Part shown: positions 21,143 through 30,310 of the stretch, in pieces
How positions within the stretch are numbered: the stretch's first letter is position 1
Layout: every line of letters starts with the position of its first letter
Assembly (NCBI GenBank): GCA_022784465.1
Contig: JALFUR010000008.1
Coordinates: 3,349 to 67,348, forward strand
Reading direction: 5' to 3'
Source: Christensenella sp.
GTDB taxonomy: Bacteria > Bacillota > Clostridia > Christensenellales > UBA3700
DNA length: 64,000 nucleotides
Position numbers and translations under genes: made by a program
The notes under the pieces: generated by a model
What the model saw: only the letters and a program-made list of their open reading frames with translations
What the model was told of the DNA's origin: nothing
Database searches by the model: none

Positions 21143-23319
21143 TATATTTTTTGGCTGATAATTTTATAATCCTTCCATTCAAAATCTAATTTTTTATTTC
21201 CTTTTAGATGATAGCCTGTTACCTTTCCATTTGGCCATTCTTTAGGAATAGCAGGAAGAATTTTAACATCTTGTCCATCATCATATACGAGCATTTCGAA
21301 AACTGCTGCGCTATAGCCGCAATTACCATCCATTTGATATGGAGGATGGAAATCCCATAGATTATCATATAGATTTTCGCTAATTAAAGATGAAATCATT
21401 TTATATGCATTTGCTCCATCTTTTAATCTAGCATATAAACAAGCTTTATTTGCTTTGCTCCAACCTGGATTTAACGAACCATGTTCTCCTCTATCTTCCA
21501 AACTCACTCTAGCTGCTTGCATTAAATCTGGAGTTTTTGAATTAATATCATAATATGGATATAATCCAAGTAAATGCGACGCATGTCTATGGTGATATTG
21601 ACATCCGTGCAACTTATAAACTAGTCTTCTTAGGAATTTTGGGCCTTTCCATTCATCTTCTGTAATCCATTCTTTTATTTGTCCCCAACTGCCAACACTT
21701 AGTGGTTTTAATTTACTGCAAACATTTTCCAAAGATTCTATAAATGCCACATCGTCATTTAAAGTCTTTGCGGCTTCTATTGTATTTTTAAATAATGAAT
21801 AGATTATTTCCTGCTCGTAAGTATTACCTTTTGTAATAGGTCCATGTTCTGGCGAATACGAAGGAGAAGAAACATATCTATCCAACTTTGAATCGTATTT
21901 TAAATTCTCTAACCAGAATTGTGCATTTCCCTTCATTGCAGAATATATTTTTTCTTTTAACACATCTTTATCTTGTGTATACAAATAATAGTTATAGCAA
22001 TCTTGTAAAATCCATGAGCTAGCCGCAGGAGACCAACCCCAGTCAAAATCCCATCCTGGACAAGTCCAACCAAATGGAGTATTTTGAGTGTGGCATACCC
22101 ATCCTTTTGATACATTGTGATACATTTTTGCTGTAACTGCTCCTGGCTTTTGCATTGATGAGATATAATCTAAAAGAGGAATTGCTTCATCAAATAGTCC
22201 CGCTTGGTATACATTCCAATAGCACATTTGCAAATTTACATTTAAGTGATAATCTGACTCCCAAGCTGGGTCTTCAATATCATTCCACACACCTTGCAAA
22301 TTAGCTGGAAGCGAACCAGGTTGAGAAGAAGCAGCTATAAGATATTTTCCATAAGCAAAAACCAACTCTTCAAGTTCAAGTTTTTCATCATTGCTTGCAC
22401 TCTTATTTTTATATTTTTGTAATAATACATCAGTATTAATTTCGCTTTGATATTCTGTTAATTCAAAAGTTTGTTTTTCAAAATTTTCTTTAGATTTTTT
22501 AACATGTCTTTCTTCAACAGTATTTTTATCATATTTAGATATTTGTCTGTCAATTATTTGTGATGGATCTTCTCCTCTATATGATGGATACACATTTGCA
22601 TAGTCTGTTGCTGCAAACAAAGAAAGAGTCGTGTTTTTAGCATTTAAAATACTAACACCATCAGCAACTTTAATTTCTCCGTCTGTAGACAATAATAATC
22701 TCATTTCATATTTTAATTCATTATCTTCAAGAGAGCCTTTTAGCACTATTTTTTCTTGGTTGTATTCAATAATTGATCCTTTTAAATCACTTTTAACTTT
22801 AATTAAAAAAGAAGCAGGAGATGATGAAGAAAGAACTGAAACAATACAATTATCTTCAATGGAAGCAAAATGTTTTCTTTCATAATGAATGTTATTGCTA
22901 TCATAACTAACATATGAAATTGAATCATTTAAGCATAATCCTCTTTCATAGTTTTCAACATTATTATGATTTAATTCAATATAAACATTTCCAAAAGGCA
23001 TAAATCCGCCATAACCATCTTTTATTCCCACCAATTGTTGTCTAAGTTTTTTGGCAGTCTTTTCGTCATTATTTTCCAATGCTTCTTGAATCTTTTTTAA
23101 ACTATCATATCTATCCAAGTTTCCACCCATATAATCTGGGCGAGACTTAGCTGGGCCTCCCTTCCATAGGCTTTTTTCATTAAATTGAAGTCTTTCCGTT
23201 GTTGTCAAACCAAAGACTTTCATTCCTAAAGCTCCATTCCCAATAGGAAGCGCATTCTTTTCCCAGCCTGCATGAGAGTCTTGAGCAGGCATTCCATATT
23301 TTAAAACATATCTTTTCAT
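21139..23319 (-). CDS. GH95 alpha-L-fucosidase-like glycosidase, no signal peptide
   Basis: ALPIGNG, QFNEKSLWKGGP, PANLQGVWN, DYHLNVNLQM, SPEHG, HRHASHL, QMDGN. Confidence 0.9.
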   Translation of the reverse strand: MKRYVLKYGMPAQDSHAGWEKNALPIGNGALGMKVFGLTTTERLQFNEKSLWKGGPAKSRPDYMGGNLDRYDSLKKIQEALENNDEKTAKKLRQQLVGIKDGYGGFMPFGNVYIELNHNNVENYERGLCLNDSISYVSYDSNNIHYERKHFASIEDNCIVSVLSSSSPASFLIKVKSDLKGSIIEYNQEKIVLKGSLEDNELKYEMRLLLSTDGEIKVADGVSILNAKNTTLSLFAATDYANVYPSYRGEDPSQIIDRQISKYDKNTVEERHVKKSKENFEKQTFELTEYQSEINTDVLLQKYKNKSASNDEKLELEELVFAYGKYLIAASSQPGSLPANLQGVWNDIEDPAWESDYHLNVNLQMCYWNVYQAGLFDEAIPLLDYISSMQKPGAVTAKMYHNVSKGWVCHTQNTPFGWTCPGWDFDWGWSPAASSWILQDCYNYYLYTQDKDVLKEKIYSAMKGNAQFWLENLKYDSKLDRYVSSPSYSPEHGPITKGNTYEQEIIYSLFKNTIEAAKTLNDDVAFIESLENVCSKLKPLSVGSWGQIKEWITEDEWKGPKFLRRLVYKLHGCQYHHRHASHLLGLYPYYDINSKTPDLMQAARVSLEDRGEHGSLNPGWSKANKACLYARLKDGANAYKMISSLISENLYDNLWDFHPPYQMDGNCGYSAAVFEMLVYDDGQDVKILPAIPKEWPNGKVTGYHLKGNKKLDFEWKDYKIISQKIY

Positions 23320-23382
23320 AGTTATATTATACTTTTAATAATTGTTTTTTTCTATATCTATAATTAATAAAAAAAATTGCAA

Positions 23383-23418
23383 TTAAAAACCCCTTCTACA
23401 TATATGCAAAAGGGGTTT
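23383..23418 (-). terminator. Intrinsic terminator after gap
   Basis: AAACCCCTTTTGCAT/ATGTAGAAGGGGTTT stem followed by a T-rich tail. Confidence 0.8.
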
Positions 23419-23447
23419 GGATTTCTTATAAATTAAGTTCTAAACAA

Positions 23448-24512
23448 TTATTTATTTAATAATTTTGAGAAATATTTAATTGTTCTAACCATTTGGCTTG
23501 TATAAGAATTTTCATTATCATACCAAGAAACAACTTGAACTTGAGTTTTGCCACCTTCCATTGGGATAACCATTGTTTGAGTAGCATCAAATAATGAACC
23601 ATATTTCATTCCGATAACATCTGAAGAAACGATTTCATCTGTGTTATATCCGAATGATTCTGTAGCAGCAGCCTTCATAGCAGCATTGATTTCATCTTTT
23701 GTTACAGACTTGTTAACAACAGCAACTAAGATTGTTGTTGAACCTGTAGCTGTAGGAACTCTTTGTGCAGAACCGATTAATTTTCCGTTTAATTCAGGAA
23801 TAACTAATCCGATAGCTTTAGCAGCACCTGTAGAGTTTGGTACGATGTTTTGAGCACCAGCTCTAGATCTTCTTAAATCTCCCTTTCTTTGTGGTCCATC
23901 AAGAATCATTTGATCTCCTGTGTAAGCATGAACTGTTGTCATGATACCAGCTTCGATTGGAGCTAAATCATTTAAAGCCTTAGCCATTGGAGCTAAGCAG
24001 TTTGTTGTACAAGAAGCAGCAGAGATAATGTTATCATTTGCTGTTAATGTTTCATGGTTAACATTGTAAACGATTGTAGGAAGATCGTTTCCAGCTGGAG
24101 CTGAAATAACAACCTTCTTAGCACCAGCATCAATATGAGCTTGAGCCTTTGCTTTTGAAGTATAGAAACCTGTACATTCCAAAACAACGTCAACGTCTAA
24201 TTGACCCCATGGAAGTTCAGCAGCGTTTGCTTTTGCGTAAATTGTGATTTCCTTTCCGTCAACAATGATAGCACCTGGAACTACAACTGTCTTTCCATCT
24301 TCTGCTAATTGAGCATCCTTGAAATCTACTGTATGTCCCATTGCAACATAATTTCCTTGCATTGTGTCATACTTTAATAAGTGAGCTAACATTTTTGGGC
24401 TTGTTAAATCGTTAATAGCTACTACATCATAACCTTCTGCTCCAAACATTTGTCTGAAAGCCAAACGACCGATACGTCCAAAACCATTAATTGCAACTCT
24501 TACATTTGCCAT
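23448..24512 (-). CDS. gap: Type I glyceraldehyde-3-phosphate dehydrogenase
   Basis: [24 protein letters not shown]. Confidence 0.98.
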   Translation of the reverse strand: MANVRVAINGFGRIGRLAFRQMFGAEGYDVVAINDLTSPKMLAHLLKYDTMQGNYVAMGHTVDFKDAQLAEDGKTVVVPGAIIVDGKEITIYAKANAAELPWGQLDVDVVLECTGFYTSKAKAQAHIDAGAKKVVISAPAGNDLPTIVYNVNHETLTANDNIISAASCTTNCLAPMAKALNDLAPIEAGIMTTVHAYTGDQMILDGPQRKGDLRRSRAGAQNIVPNSTGAAKAIGLVIPELNGKLIGSAQRVPTATGSTTILVAVVNKSVTKDEINAAMKAAATESFGYNTDEIVSSDVIGMKYGSLFDATQTMVIPMEGGKTQVQVVSWYDNENSYTSQMVRTIKYFSKLLNK

Positions 24513-24569
24513 AATAATATGTCCTCCAAAAATTAAAATTTATTATCTTTTTTTTATTTTTCAAAAAAT

Positions 24570-24598
24570 ATTTTAGCAATATTAAGTTTATTTAGCAA
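24570..24598 (-). promoter_or_regulatory. Sigma-A promoter of gap
   Basis: Minus strand TTGCTA-17 nt-TAAAAT with extended TGn; GGAGG SD downstream. Confidence 0.7.
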
Positions 24599-24649
24599 GC
24601 GATTTAACATATAAGTTAAATAGTGTTAATTGTAATCGTATTGTTTTTA

Positions 24650-24678
24650 AATAAAAATGCCCTTAGACACAAGGGCAC
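24650..24678 (-). terminator. Intrinsic terminator after the acyltransferase operon
   Basis: TGCCCTT-loop-AAGGGCA followed by TTTTTATTT. Confidence 0.75.
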
Positions 24679-24698
24679 TTAATGTTTAAAGCTAAAAT

Positions 24699-25382
24699 TT
24701 AAAAATGGAATCGTTTTTTAAATTCTGCATATATAACTTCTCTTCCAAACACGAAAGAAAATGCTATTGTTACAAATCCTATTGAAGCGCTTACTATTGA
24801 TGCAATGGCATTAAACTTTAGTAGTAATACTGCAATTAACCATATTATTTCTATTGAGCATAATACTATTGTTTGGAAAGCATATCTATACCAATTTCCG
24901 CCAATAAATACAATCATTAAAAATACAACATTTAGTATTGACAATAAAATTGGAGATATAATTCCAATCGATATATTTAAAGCATTACTCATTCCGTGAA
25001 AATAATAATGCAAAAATACAGCATTAATAAATATTATTGTCCATGTAAAAATACCAGATAAAATTTGCCTTGTATTGTGTGGATAAAATACATATTGTAA
25101 GATTGTTAACCATACGAAAGCCAAGCATGATGTTGCCACCAAAAATAGTGCCCAATTATGAGACATTATTGATGAAACCAAAAATGCCATTAAAATTATA
25201 GAAGTTAATCCAATAAATATATCTCTAACAAGCAATTTTACAGGTTTTTTCAATCCCTTTTGAGGATAACTACCTGAAACCATTGGCACAGAAGCATCTA
25301 CAACGTCAGTATGAGCGCCACATAAAGGACAATTTATTTGATTGTCATTCATTTTGCAATTGCAATATTTACAAACTCTCAT
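24699..25382 (-). CDS. Membrane protein with N-terminal zinc ribbon (DUF6320-like)
   Basis: CKYC...CPLC, about 6 hydrophobic segments, C-terminal EFKKRFHF; translationally coupled to the upstream acyltransferase. Confidence 0.7.
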   Translation of the reverse strand: MRVCKYCNCKMNDNQINCPLCGAHTDVVDASVPMVSGSYPQKGLKKPVKLLVRDIFIGLTSIILMAFLVSSIMSHNWALFLVATSCLAFVWLTILQYVFYPHNTRQILSGIFTWTIIFINAVFLHYYFHGMSNALNISIGIISPILLSILNVVFLMIVFIGGNWYRYAFQTIVLCSIEIIWLIAVLLLKFNAIASIVSASIGFVTIAFSFVFGREVIYAEFKKRFHF

Positions 25383-26908
25383 TATTGAACACCTCCATTG
25401 CCTTCTACGTATATATTTAATCCTAAAGAAGTTAATTCTCTTACAAAATCTCTTTCAATACTACTTCTTTCTACTGACCTTATAAAAGAAATTACGCATT
25501 TGTTATTAAAAGTAATACCGCTCATTGAAATTCCTCCAGATCTGTCGTCTTTTAATACAAACTCAAATCTATCTACAATGCTTTTTAATTCATCTGGAGC
25601 ATTTAAATTTCCAACATTCGAAAATACTGTAGTGAAACCTTCTTCTCCCAAAGTTCCGCTAACAATTTTTAATGCAATATCTTTTAGGAAGATTGGAGCC
25701 ATACGAATAAATAGATTTCTCTCGTCTCTCATATTTGCATTAATGCTCTTTTGAAGATAATCCATGTCTGTTCCTTTTTCTAGTTGTTCTTTTACTGTTT
25801 TAATGGTTTCTTCTAAAGATAACTCCATTTCATTTATTTCTATTCCAGTAAAATAAGCAAAGTTTCTCAAAGTTTCTGAAGGGAATCTTTTTCTTAAATT
25901 AATTGGAATTTGAATTATATATGGTTTAGTATCTCTATCAAAAGCTCTTCTTCTTAAAAACGCCATTGAGTAAACTGCTGTAAGAAAAACGGTAACTGTA
26001 CAATTGAACTTTTTAGCAAGAGCTTTTAATTCGTTAGCATCCATAACTACATGTGTAACCACGCTTTCTTTTGTGTATTTATCTTTAATATGGTATGCGT
26101 GTTTAATTTCTCTTTTTATACAATTGCCTTTTGTAGCATAGTGGTCAAAACTATCTTGAATCTCTTCTTCTTTAACTTTATCTAGAACGTTTAAAGCACA
26201 TTTATAATCTTTAATAGAACCATATTTTAATTCATAGTATCTAGTAATTAAAGTTGTTAAAAATATTGTTCCACCTGTACCATCTGTTAAAGAATGGAAA
26301 AAATCGCAAGCAATTCTGTTGTTTTCAACCAAAACTCTAAACAAATAATTTTTTCCATCAAGATTAATTGATCTACATGGATATTTACCACCATCTAAAA
26401 CTTTAGGATTTTTTTCTACTCTTTCAAAATAATACCAGAAAAACCCTTTTTTTATTGTAACCATAAAGGTTGGCATTCTATCTACCATATCAAGTAATGC
26501 CTGATTTAATATATCTTTATCTATTGGGTCTTTCATAACAGCAGCAATTCTAAACACCATATTCCAATCACTAGAAGATTGAGGTGGATATACTTTTGCA
26601 GCATTATCTAATGAATACCATTCTGTAGGATTAAATTTTTCTCTAGTTGTAAGTTTTTGCACAGCTGGCTCTTGTTGAACTAATTGAAGTTTTACTCTAT
26701 CTACATCTCCGCTTAATAATAAATCATATGAAATATTAAACATTTTAGTAATTGATTCTAATTGTTGAATATCTGGAATAGATGCACCTAGTTCCCACTT
26801 ACTAACTGCCTTATCTGACACATTTAATTTCTCGGCAAATTGTAATTGAGTCCATTTATTATGTTTGCGCAATTCTAAAATAACTTTTCCTATTTTTTCT
26901 GCGTCCAT
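25382..26908 (-). CDS. XRE-HTH fused to an alcohol-acetyltransferase/condensation-like acyltransferase (start reassigned to ATG 26908)
   Basis: N-terminal LRKHNKWTQLQFAEKLNVSDKAVSKWELGASIPD; then WYSLDNAAK, FFHSLTDGTGG (HxxxDG), PINLRKRFPSETLRNF, FSNVG; GGAGG SD before 26908. Confidence 0.8.
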   Translation of the reverse strand: MDAEKIGKVILELRKHNKWTQLQFAEKLNVSDKAVSKWELGASIPDIQQLESITKMFNISYDLLLSGDVDRVKLQLVQQEPAVQKLTTREKFNPTEWYSLDNAAKVYPPQSSSDWNMVFRIAAVMKDPIDKDILNQALLDMVDRMPTFMVTIKKGFFWYYFERVEKNPKVLDGGKYPCRSINLDGKNYLFRVLVENNRIACDFFHSLTDGTGGTIFLTTLITRYYELKYGSIKDYKCALNVLDKVKEEEIQDSFDHYATKGNCIKREIKHAYHIKDKYTKESVVTHVVMDANELKALAKKFNCTVTVFLTAVYSMAFLRRRAFDRDTKPYIIQIPINLRKRFPSETLRNFAYFTGIEINEMELSLEETIKTVKEQLEKGTDMDYLQKSINANMRDERNLFIRMAPIFLKDIALKIVSGTLGEEGFTTVFSNVGNLNAPDELKSIVDRFEFVLKDDRSGGISMSGITFNNKCVISFIRSVERSSIERDFVRELTSLGLNIYVEGNGGVQ

Positions 26909-27161
26909 ACTTATTCCTCCTGACAATATTACTTTAAAATCCTATGCATATTTTATCTACCTAATCGTTCTCTACTGGGTATATTTTTCACTCTACTTCA
27001 AGTAGAATGCTAAAAAATTTAGGTAGATTTACTCTCCATTTACAAAATTATACCATATTTTTTATAATAAATGTGGAAATAAGAAAGAACCTCAATATTT
27101 TTTATTTTCTTAAAAACATAGAATTAATCAACCCGGTGATTTTTCTCTATGGTAAGCACAC

Positions 27162-27202
27162 AAAAAAAATGAGCAAACATCGTAATTTTGCTCATTTTTT
27201 TT
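27162..27202. terminator. Intrinsic terminator after the aminopeptidase (potentially bidirectional)
   Basis: AAAAAAAATGAGCAAA-loop-TTTGCTCATTTTTTTT. Confidence 0.8.
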
Positions 27203-27218
27203 ATTTTTAAACAATTAT

Positions 27219-28337
27219 TTATTTTAGATTTTCAGGATTCAAACATTTTAATTCATCAAGCACAAAAATTCCGTCTTTTCTAACGAGTACATCATCAAAG
27301 TAGATTTCTCCACCGCCCATTTCTTTTGTTTGAATTAATACTAAATCCCAATGAACAGATGAATCATTTCCATTGTATGCATCATCGTAGCTTGCACCAG
27401 GAGTAAAGTGAATTGAACCTCTTATCTTTTCATCGAACAAAATATCTCCCATTGGATTCTCTACATATGGATTTACTCCAATTGCAAATTCTCCAACGTA
27501 TCTTGCTCCATCATCTGTATCAAAAATTTCGTTAATCTCTTTATTATGATTTGAAGTAGCTTCAACAATTTTTCCATCTTTAAACAATAAAGATACATTT
27601 TCAAATTTAATACCATTTTCCACGCTTGGTGTATTATATGTTATTCTTCCGTTAACGCTATTTTTTACAGGAGCGGTATATACTTCCCCATCTGGGATAT
27701 TGCATTTGCCTGAGCATTTAATTGCAGGGATTCCCTTTATAGAGAAAGTCAAATCTGTACCAGGTGCAACAATTCTAACCTTATCTGTCTTATTCATCAA
27801 TTCAACAAGAGGAGTCATGGCATCATCCATTTTTTGATAATCTAAATTGCATACTTTAAAATATAGATCCTCAAAAGCTTCTGTGCTCATTGCACTCATA
27901 GCGCTCATTCCTTGAGTAGGATATCTAAGTATTACCCACTTAGTATGTTTTACGCGTGTATCTAAATGAACAGGTTGAGAATACTTTGATAAATAGATTT
28001 TCATTTTATCTGATGGTACATCGCTTTTTTCGAAAGCGTTTTCTCCGCCTCTAATACCAATGTATGCCTGCATTTTTTTCATTTTATAGTTGTCAAAATC
28101 TGCCATTTGTTCAGCAAGTTCATTGCTCATATTCATACAAATTTCTCTTTCAACTCTATTATCTTTTATTGAAACATAAGGATATCCGCCTGCTTTAACA
28201 ACTTCTTGAACTAAGCAATTTACTAATTGATAATCAATTCCTGTTGCTTCAATGAAAACGTTTTCTCCTTTTTGAACTCTACACGAATAATTTACCAAAT
28301 TATGCGCTAGTGTTCTTATTCTTTGGTCTAATAACAT
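27219..28337 (-). CDS. M29 family aminopeptidase (AmpS/PepS-like)
   Basis: NIPDGEVYTAP, GEFAIG, ILFDEKI.GSIH, SSVHWD. Confidence 0.9.
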   Translation of the reverse strand: MLLDQRIRTLAHNLVNYSCRVQKGENVFIEATGIDYQLVNCLVQEVVKAGGYPYVSIKDNRVEREICMNMSNELAEQMADFDNYKMKKMQAYIGIRGGENAFEKSDVPSDKMKIYLSKYSQPVHLDTRVKHTKWVILRYPTQGMSAMSAMSTEAFEDLYFKVCNLDYQKMDDAMTPLVELMNKTDKVRIVAPGTDLTFSIKGIPAIKCSGKCNIPDGEVYTAPVKNSVNGRITYNTPSVENGIKFENVSLLFKDGKIVEATSNHNKEINEIFDTDDGARYVGEFAIGVNPYVENPMGDILFDEKIRGSIHFTPGASYDDAYNGNDSSVHWDLVLIQTKEMGGGEIYFDDVLVRKDGIFVLDELKCLNPENLK

Positions 28338-28561
28338 TACAAAACCTCCACATATTTAATCATAATGATTATACACCGAAATCAGTATATATAGACTAAA
28401 ATATTTTATTTAGGATTTATTCTATTTATTTTGGTAATTATTCATGATATTTAAATTATTGTTTTAGGAAAAATATGATTCATAATATTATTATTTTTGT
28501 TTTAAAAAAAACAATAATATGCTAATATACTCTTGATAATTATTTTTAGGAGGTAATGGTT

Positions 28562-29551
28562 ATGCCATTAATGAACACAAAAAAAATGTTTGAAAAAGCA
28601 TACAATGGCGGTTATGCTATTGGAGCTTTTAATGTTAATAACATGGAAATCATTCAAGGAATTGTTGAAGCTGCTATGGAAGAAAATGCTCCACTTATTC
28701 TTCAAGTATCTAAGGGTGCTAGAAATTACGCAAACCCAGTATATTTAAGAAAGATGGTTGAAGCTGCTGTTGAAGTTTCTGGACTACCAATTTGCTTACA
28801 CTTAGACCATGGTGATTCTTTTGAATTATGCAAAAGCTGTATCGATGGTGGATTTACTTCAGTTATGATCGATGGATCTGCTCTTCCTTACGAAGAAAAT
28901 GTTGCTTTAACAAAGAAAGTTGTTGAATATGCACATGATACAACAAATCATCCATATGTTACTGTTGAAGGCGAATTAGGAACACTTGCTGGTGTTGAAG
29001 ATGAAGTTTGCCATGAACACACAACATATACAAAGCCAGAAGAAGTTATTGACTTCGTTACAAGAACAGGTGTTGACTCTCTAGCTATTGCTATTGGTAC
29101 ATCACATGGTGCATACAAATTTAAACCTGAACAATGCACAAGAGATGAAAATGGTGTATTGGTTCCACCTCCACTAAGATTCGATGTTCTTGAAGCTGTT
29201 TCTGCTAAACTTCCAGGATTCCCTATCGTATTACATGGTTCTTCATCAGTTCCTCAAGAATTCGTTAGAATCATAAATGCTAATGGCGGAAAGATGCCAG
29301 ATGCTGTTGGTATTCCTGAAGCACAATTAAGAAAGGCTGCTGCTATGAGCGTATGCAAAATCAATATTGACTCAGACTTAAGATTAGGTTGCACAGCTGG
29401 TATTAGAAAGCATTTTGCAGAACATCCAGAACATTTCGATCCAAGACAATATCTTGCTGATGCTAGAACAAACATTAAAACTGTTGTTAAACACAAATTA
29501 ACAGAAGTTTTAGGATGCGCTGGAAAAGCTGACGAAATCTTAGCTGACTAA
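28562..29551 (+). CDS. fba: Class II fructose-1,6-bisphosphate aldolase (start reassigned to ATG 28562)
   Basis: GAFNVNNME, HLDHG, SVMIDGS, GTSHGAYK, VLHGSS, KINIDSD; AGGAGG SD 8 nt before 28562. Confidence 0.96.
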   Translation: MPLMNTKKMFEKAYNGGYAIGAFNVNNMEIIQGIVEAAMEENAPLILQVSKGARNYANPVYLRKMVEAAVEVSGLPICLHLDHGDSFELCKSCIDGGFTSVMIDGSALPYEENVALTKKVVEYAHDTTNHPYVTVEGELGTLAGVEDEVCHEHTTYTKPEEVIDFVTRTGVDSLAIAIGTSHGAYKFKPEQCTRDENGVLVPPPLRFDVLEAVSAKLPGFPIVLHGSSSVPQEFVRIINANGGKMPDAVGIPEAQLRKAAAMSVCKINIDSDLRLGCTAGIRKHFAEHPEHFDPRQYLADARTNIKTVVKHKLTEVLGCAGKADEILAD

Positions 29552-29572
29552 TTTATAAAGCAATCAATTAAG

Positions 29573-29602
29573 ACAGAGGATGTTTCATCCTCTGTTTTTT
29601 TT
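29573..29602 (+). terminator. Intrinsic terminator after fba
   Basis: ACAGAGGATG-TTT-CATCCTCTGT followed by a T-tract. Confidence 0.88.
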
Positions 29603-29635
29603 ATTATTTTTTCCTAAAAATTTATATAAAAATAA

Positions 29636-29664
29636 TTGACACATTATATAAGTATATATATAAT
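29636..29664 (+). promoter_or_regulatory. Consensus sigma-A promoter of the regulator-potABCD operon
   Basis: TTGACA-17 nt-TATAAT. Confidence 0.85.
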
Positions 29665-29670
29665 TTGCTT

Positions 29671-29740
29671 GTTTAATAATTTTAAACTTAAAGTTTAGAG
29701 AAAAATAACCGATTAATTTTTAAGTTTAGAAATACTAAAC
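29671..29740. promoter_or_regulatory. Three GTTTA-N7-TAAAC operator-like palindromes
   Basis: GTTTAATAATTTTAAAC (29671), GTTTAGAGAAAAATAAC (29693, imperfect), GTTTAGAAATACTAAAC (29724). Confidence 0.65.
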
Positions 29741-29765
29741 AATACAAATATGATAAGAAGGACGT

Positions 29766-30299
29766 ATGGAATTAGGAATTAAAATTAAATCTTTAAGATT
29801 ACAATGTGGATTCACACAAGAAGAACTTGCAGATAGATGCGAGCTTACAAAAGGTTATATTTCTCAGCTTGAAAACGACCTTACTTCTCCATCAATCGCA
29901 ACGCTTGTAGATTTATTAAATGCGCTTGGTACAGATTTAAAGGAATTTTTCTCAGATTCAGATAATCAAAAAGTAGTTTTTACAGAAGAAGACTTTATTG
30001 TTAAAGAGGATGATCAATATACTCAAACTTGGCTTGTACCTAATGCTCAAAAGAATGAAATGGAGCCTATTATTGTTACAATTAATCCTCATGGCAAATT
30101 AGACGAAGATCAACCTCATGAAGGCGAAGAGTTTGGTTATGTATTAGAAGGAGAAATTGTTCTACACTTAGGAAAAAAATCTAAAGCAGTAAAATGCGGA
30201 AGTTCTTTTTATTATGAAGCAAGTAAGATTCATTATATTGAAAATACTACAGATAACTTTGCAAAAATCATATGGGTTTCTAGCCCACCTCAATTCTAA
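29766..30299 (+). CDS. XRE-HTH + cupin transcriptional regulator (PuuR-like)
   Basis: TQEELADRCELTKGYISQLENDLTSPSI; cupin HEGEEFGYVLEG; first gene of the pot operon. Confidence 0.9.
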   Translation: MELGIKIKSLRLQCGFTQEELADRCELTKGYISQLENDLTSPSIATLVDLLNALGTDLKEFFSDSDNQKVVFTEEDFIVKEDDQYTQTWLVPNAQKNEMEPIIVTINPHGKLDEDQPHEGEEFGYVLEGEIVLHLGKKSKAVKCGSSFYYEASKIHYIENTTDNFAKIIWVSSPPQF

Positions 30300-30310
30300 G
30301 GAGAAACAGC

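Noticed and set aside
26990-27008. TCTACT...GTAGA resembles the Cas12a repeat stem
   Set aside because: Single copy, no repeat-spacer periodicity, no AATTTCTAC context and no cas genes; better explained as an operator or leader structure
27007-27210. 67 aa plus-strand ORF in the intergenic region
   Set aside because: Runs through a promoter and a terminator hairpin, has no SD and has low-complexity AT-driven composition
28338-28555. Imperfect inverted and direct repeats in the aminopeptidase/fba divergent spacer
   Set aside because: The region is extremely AT-rich, so such matches are expected by chance; no ncRNA or riboswitch features recognised
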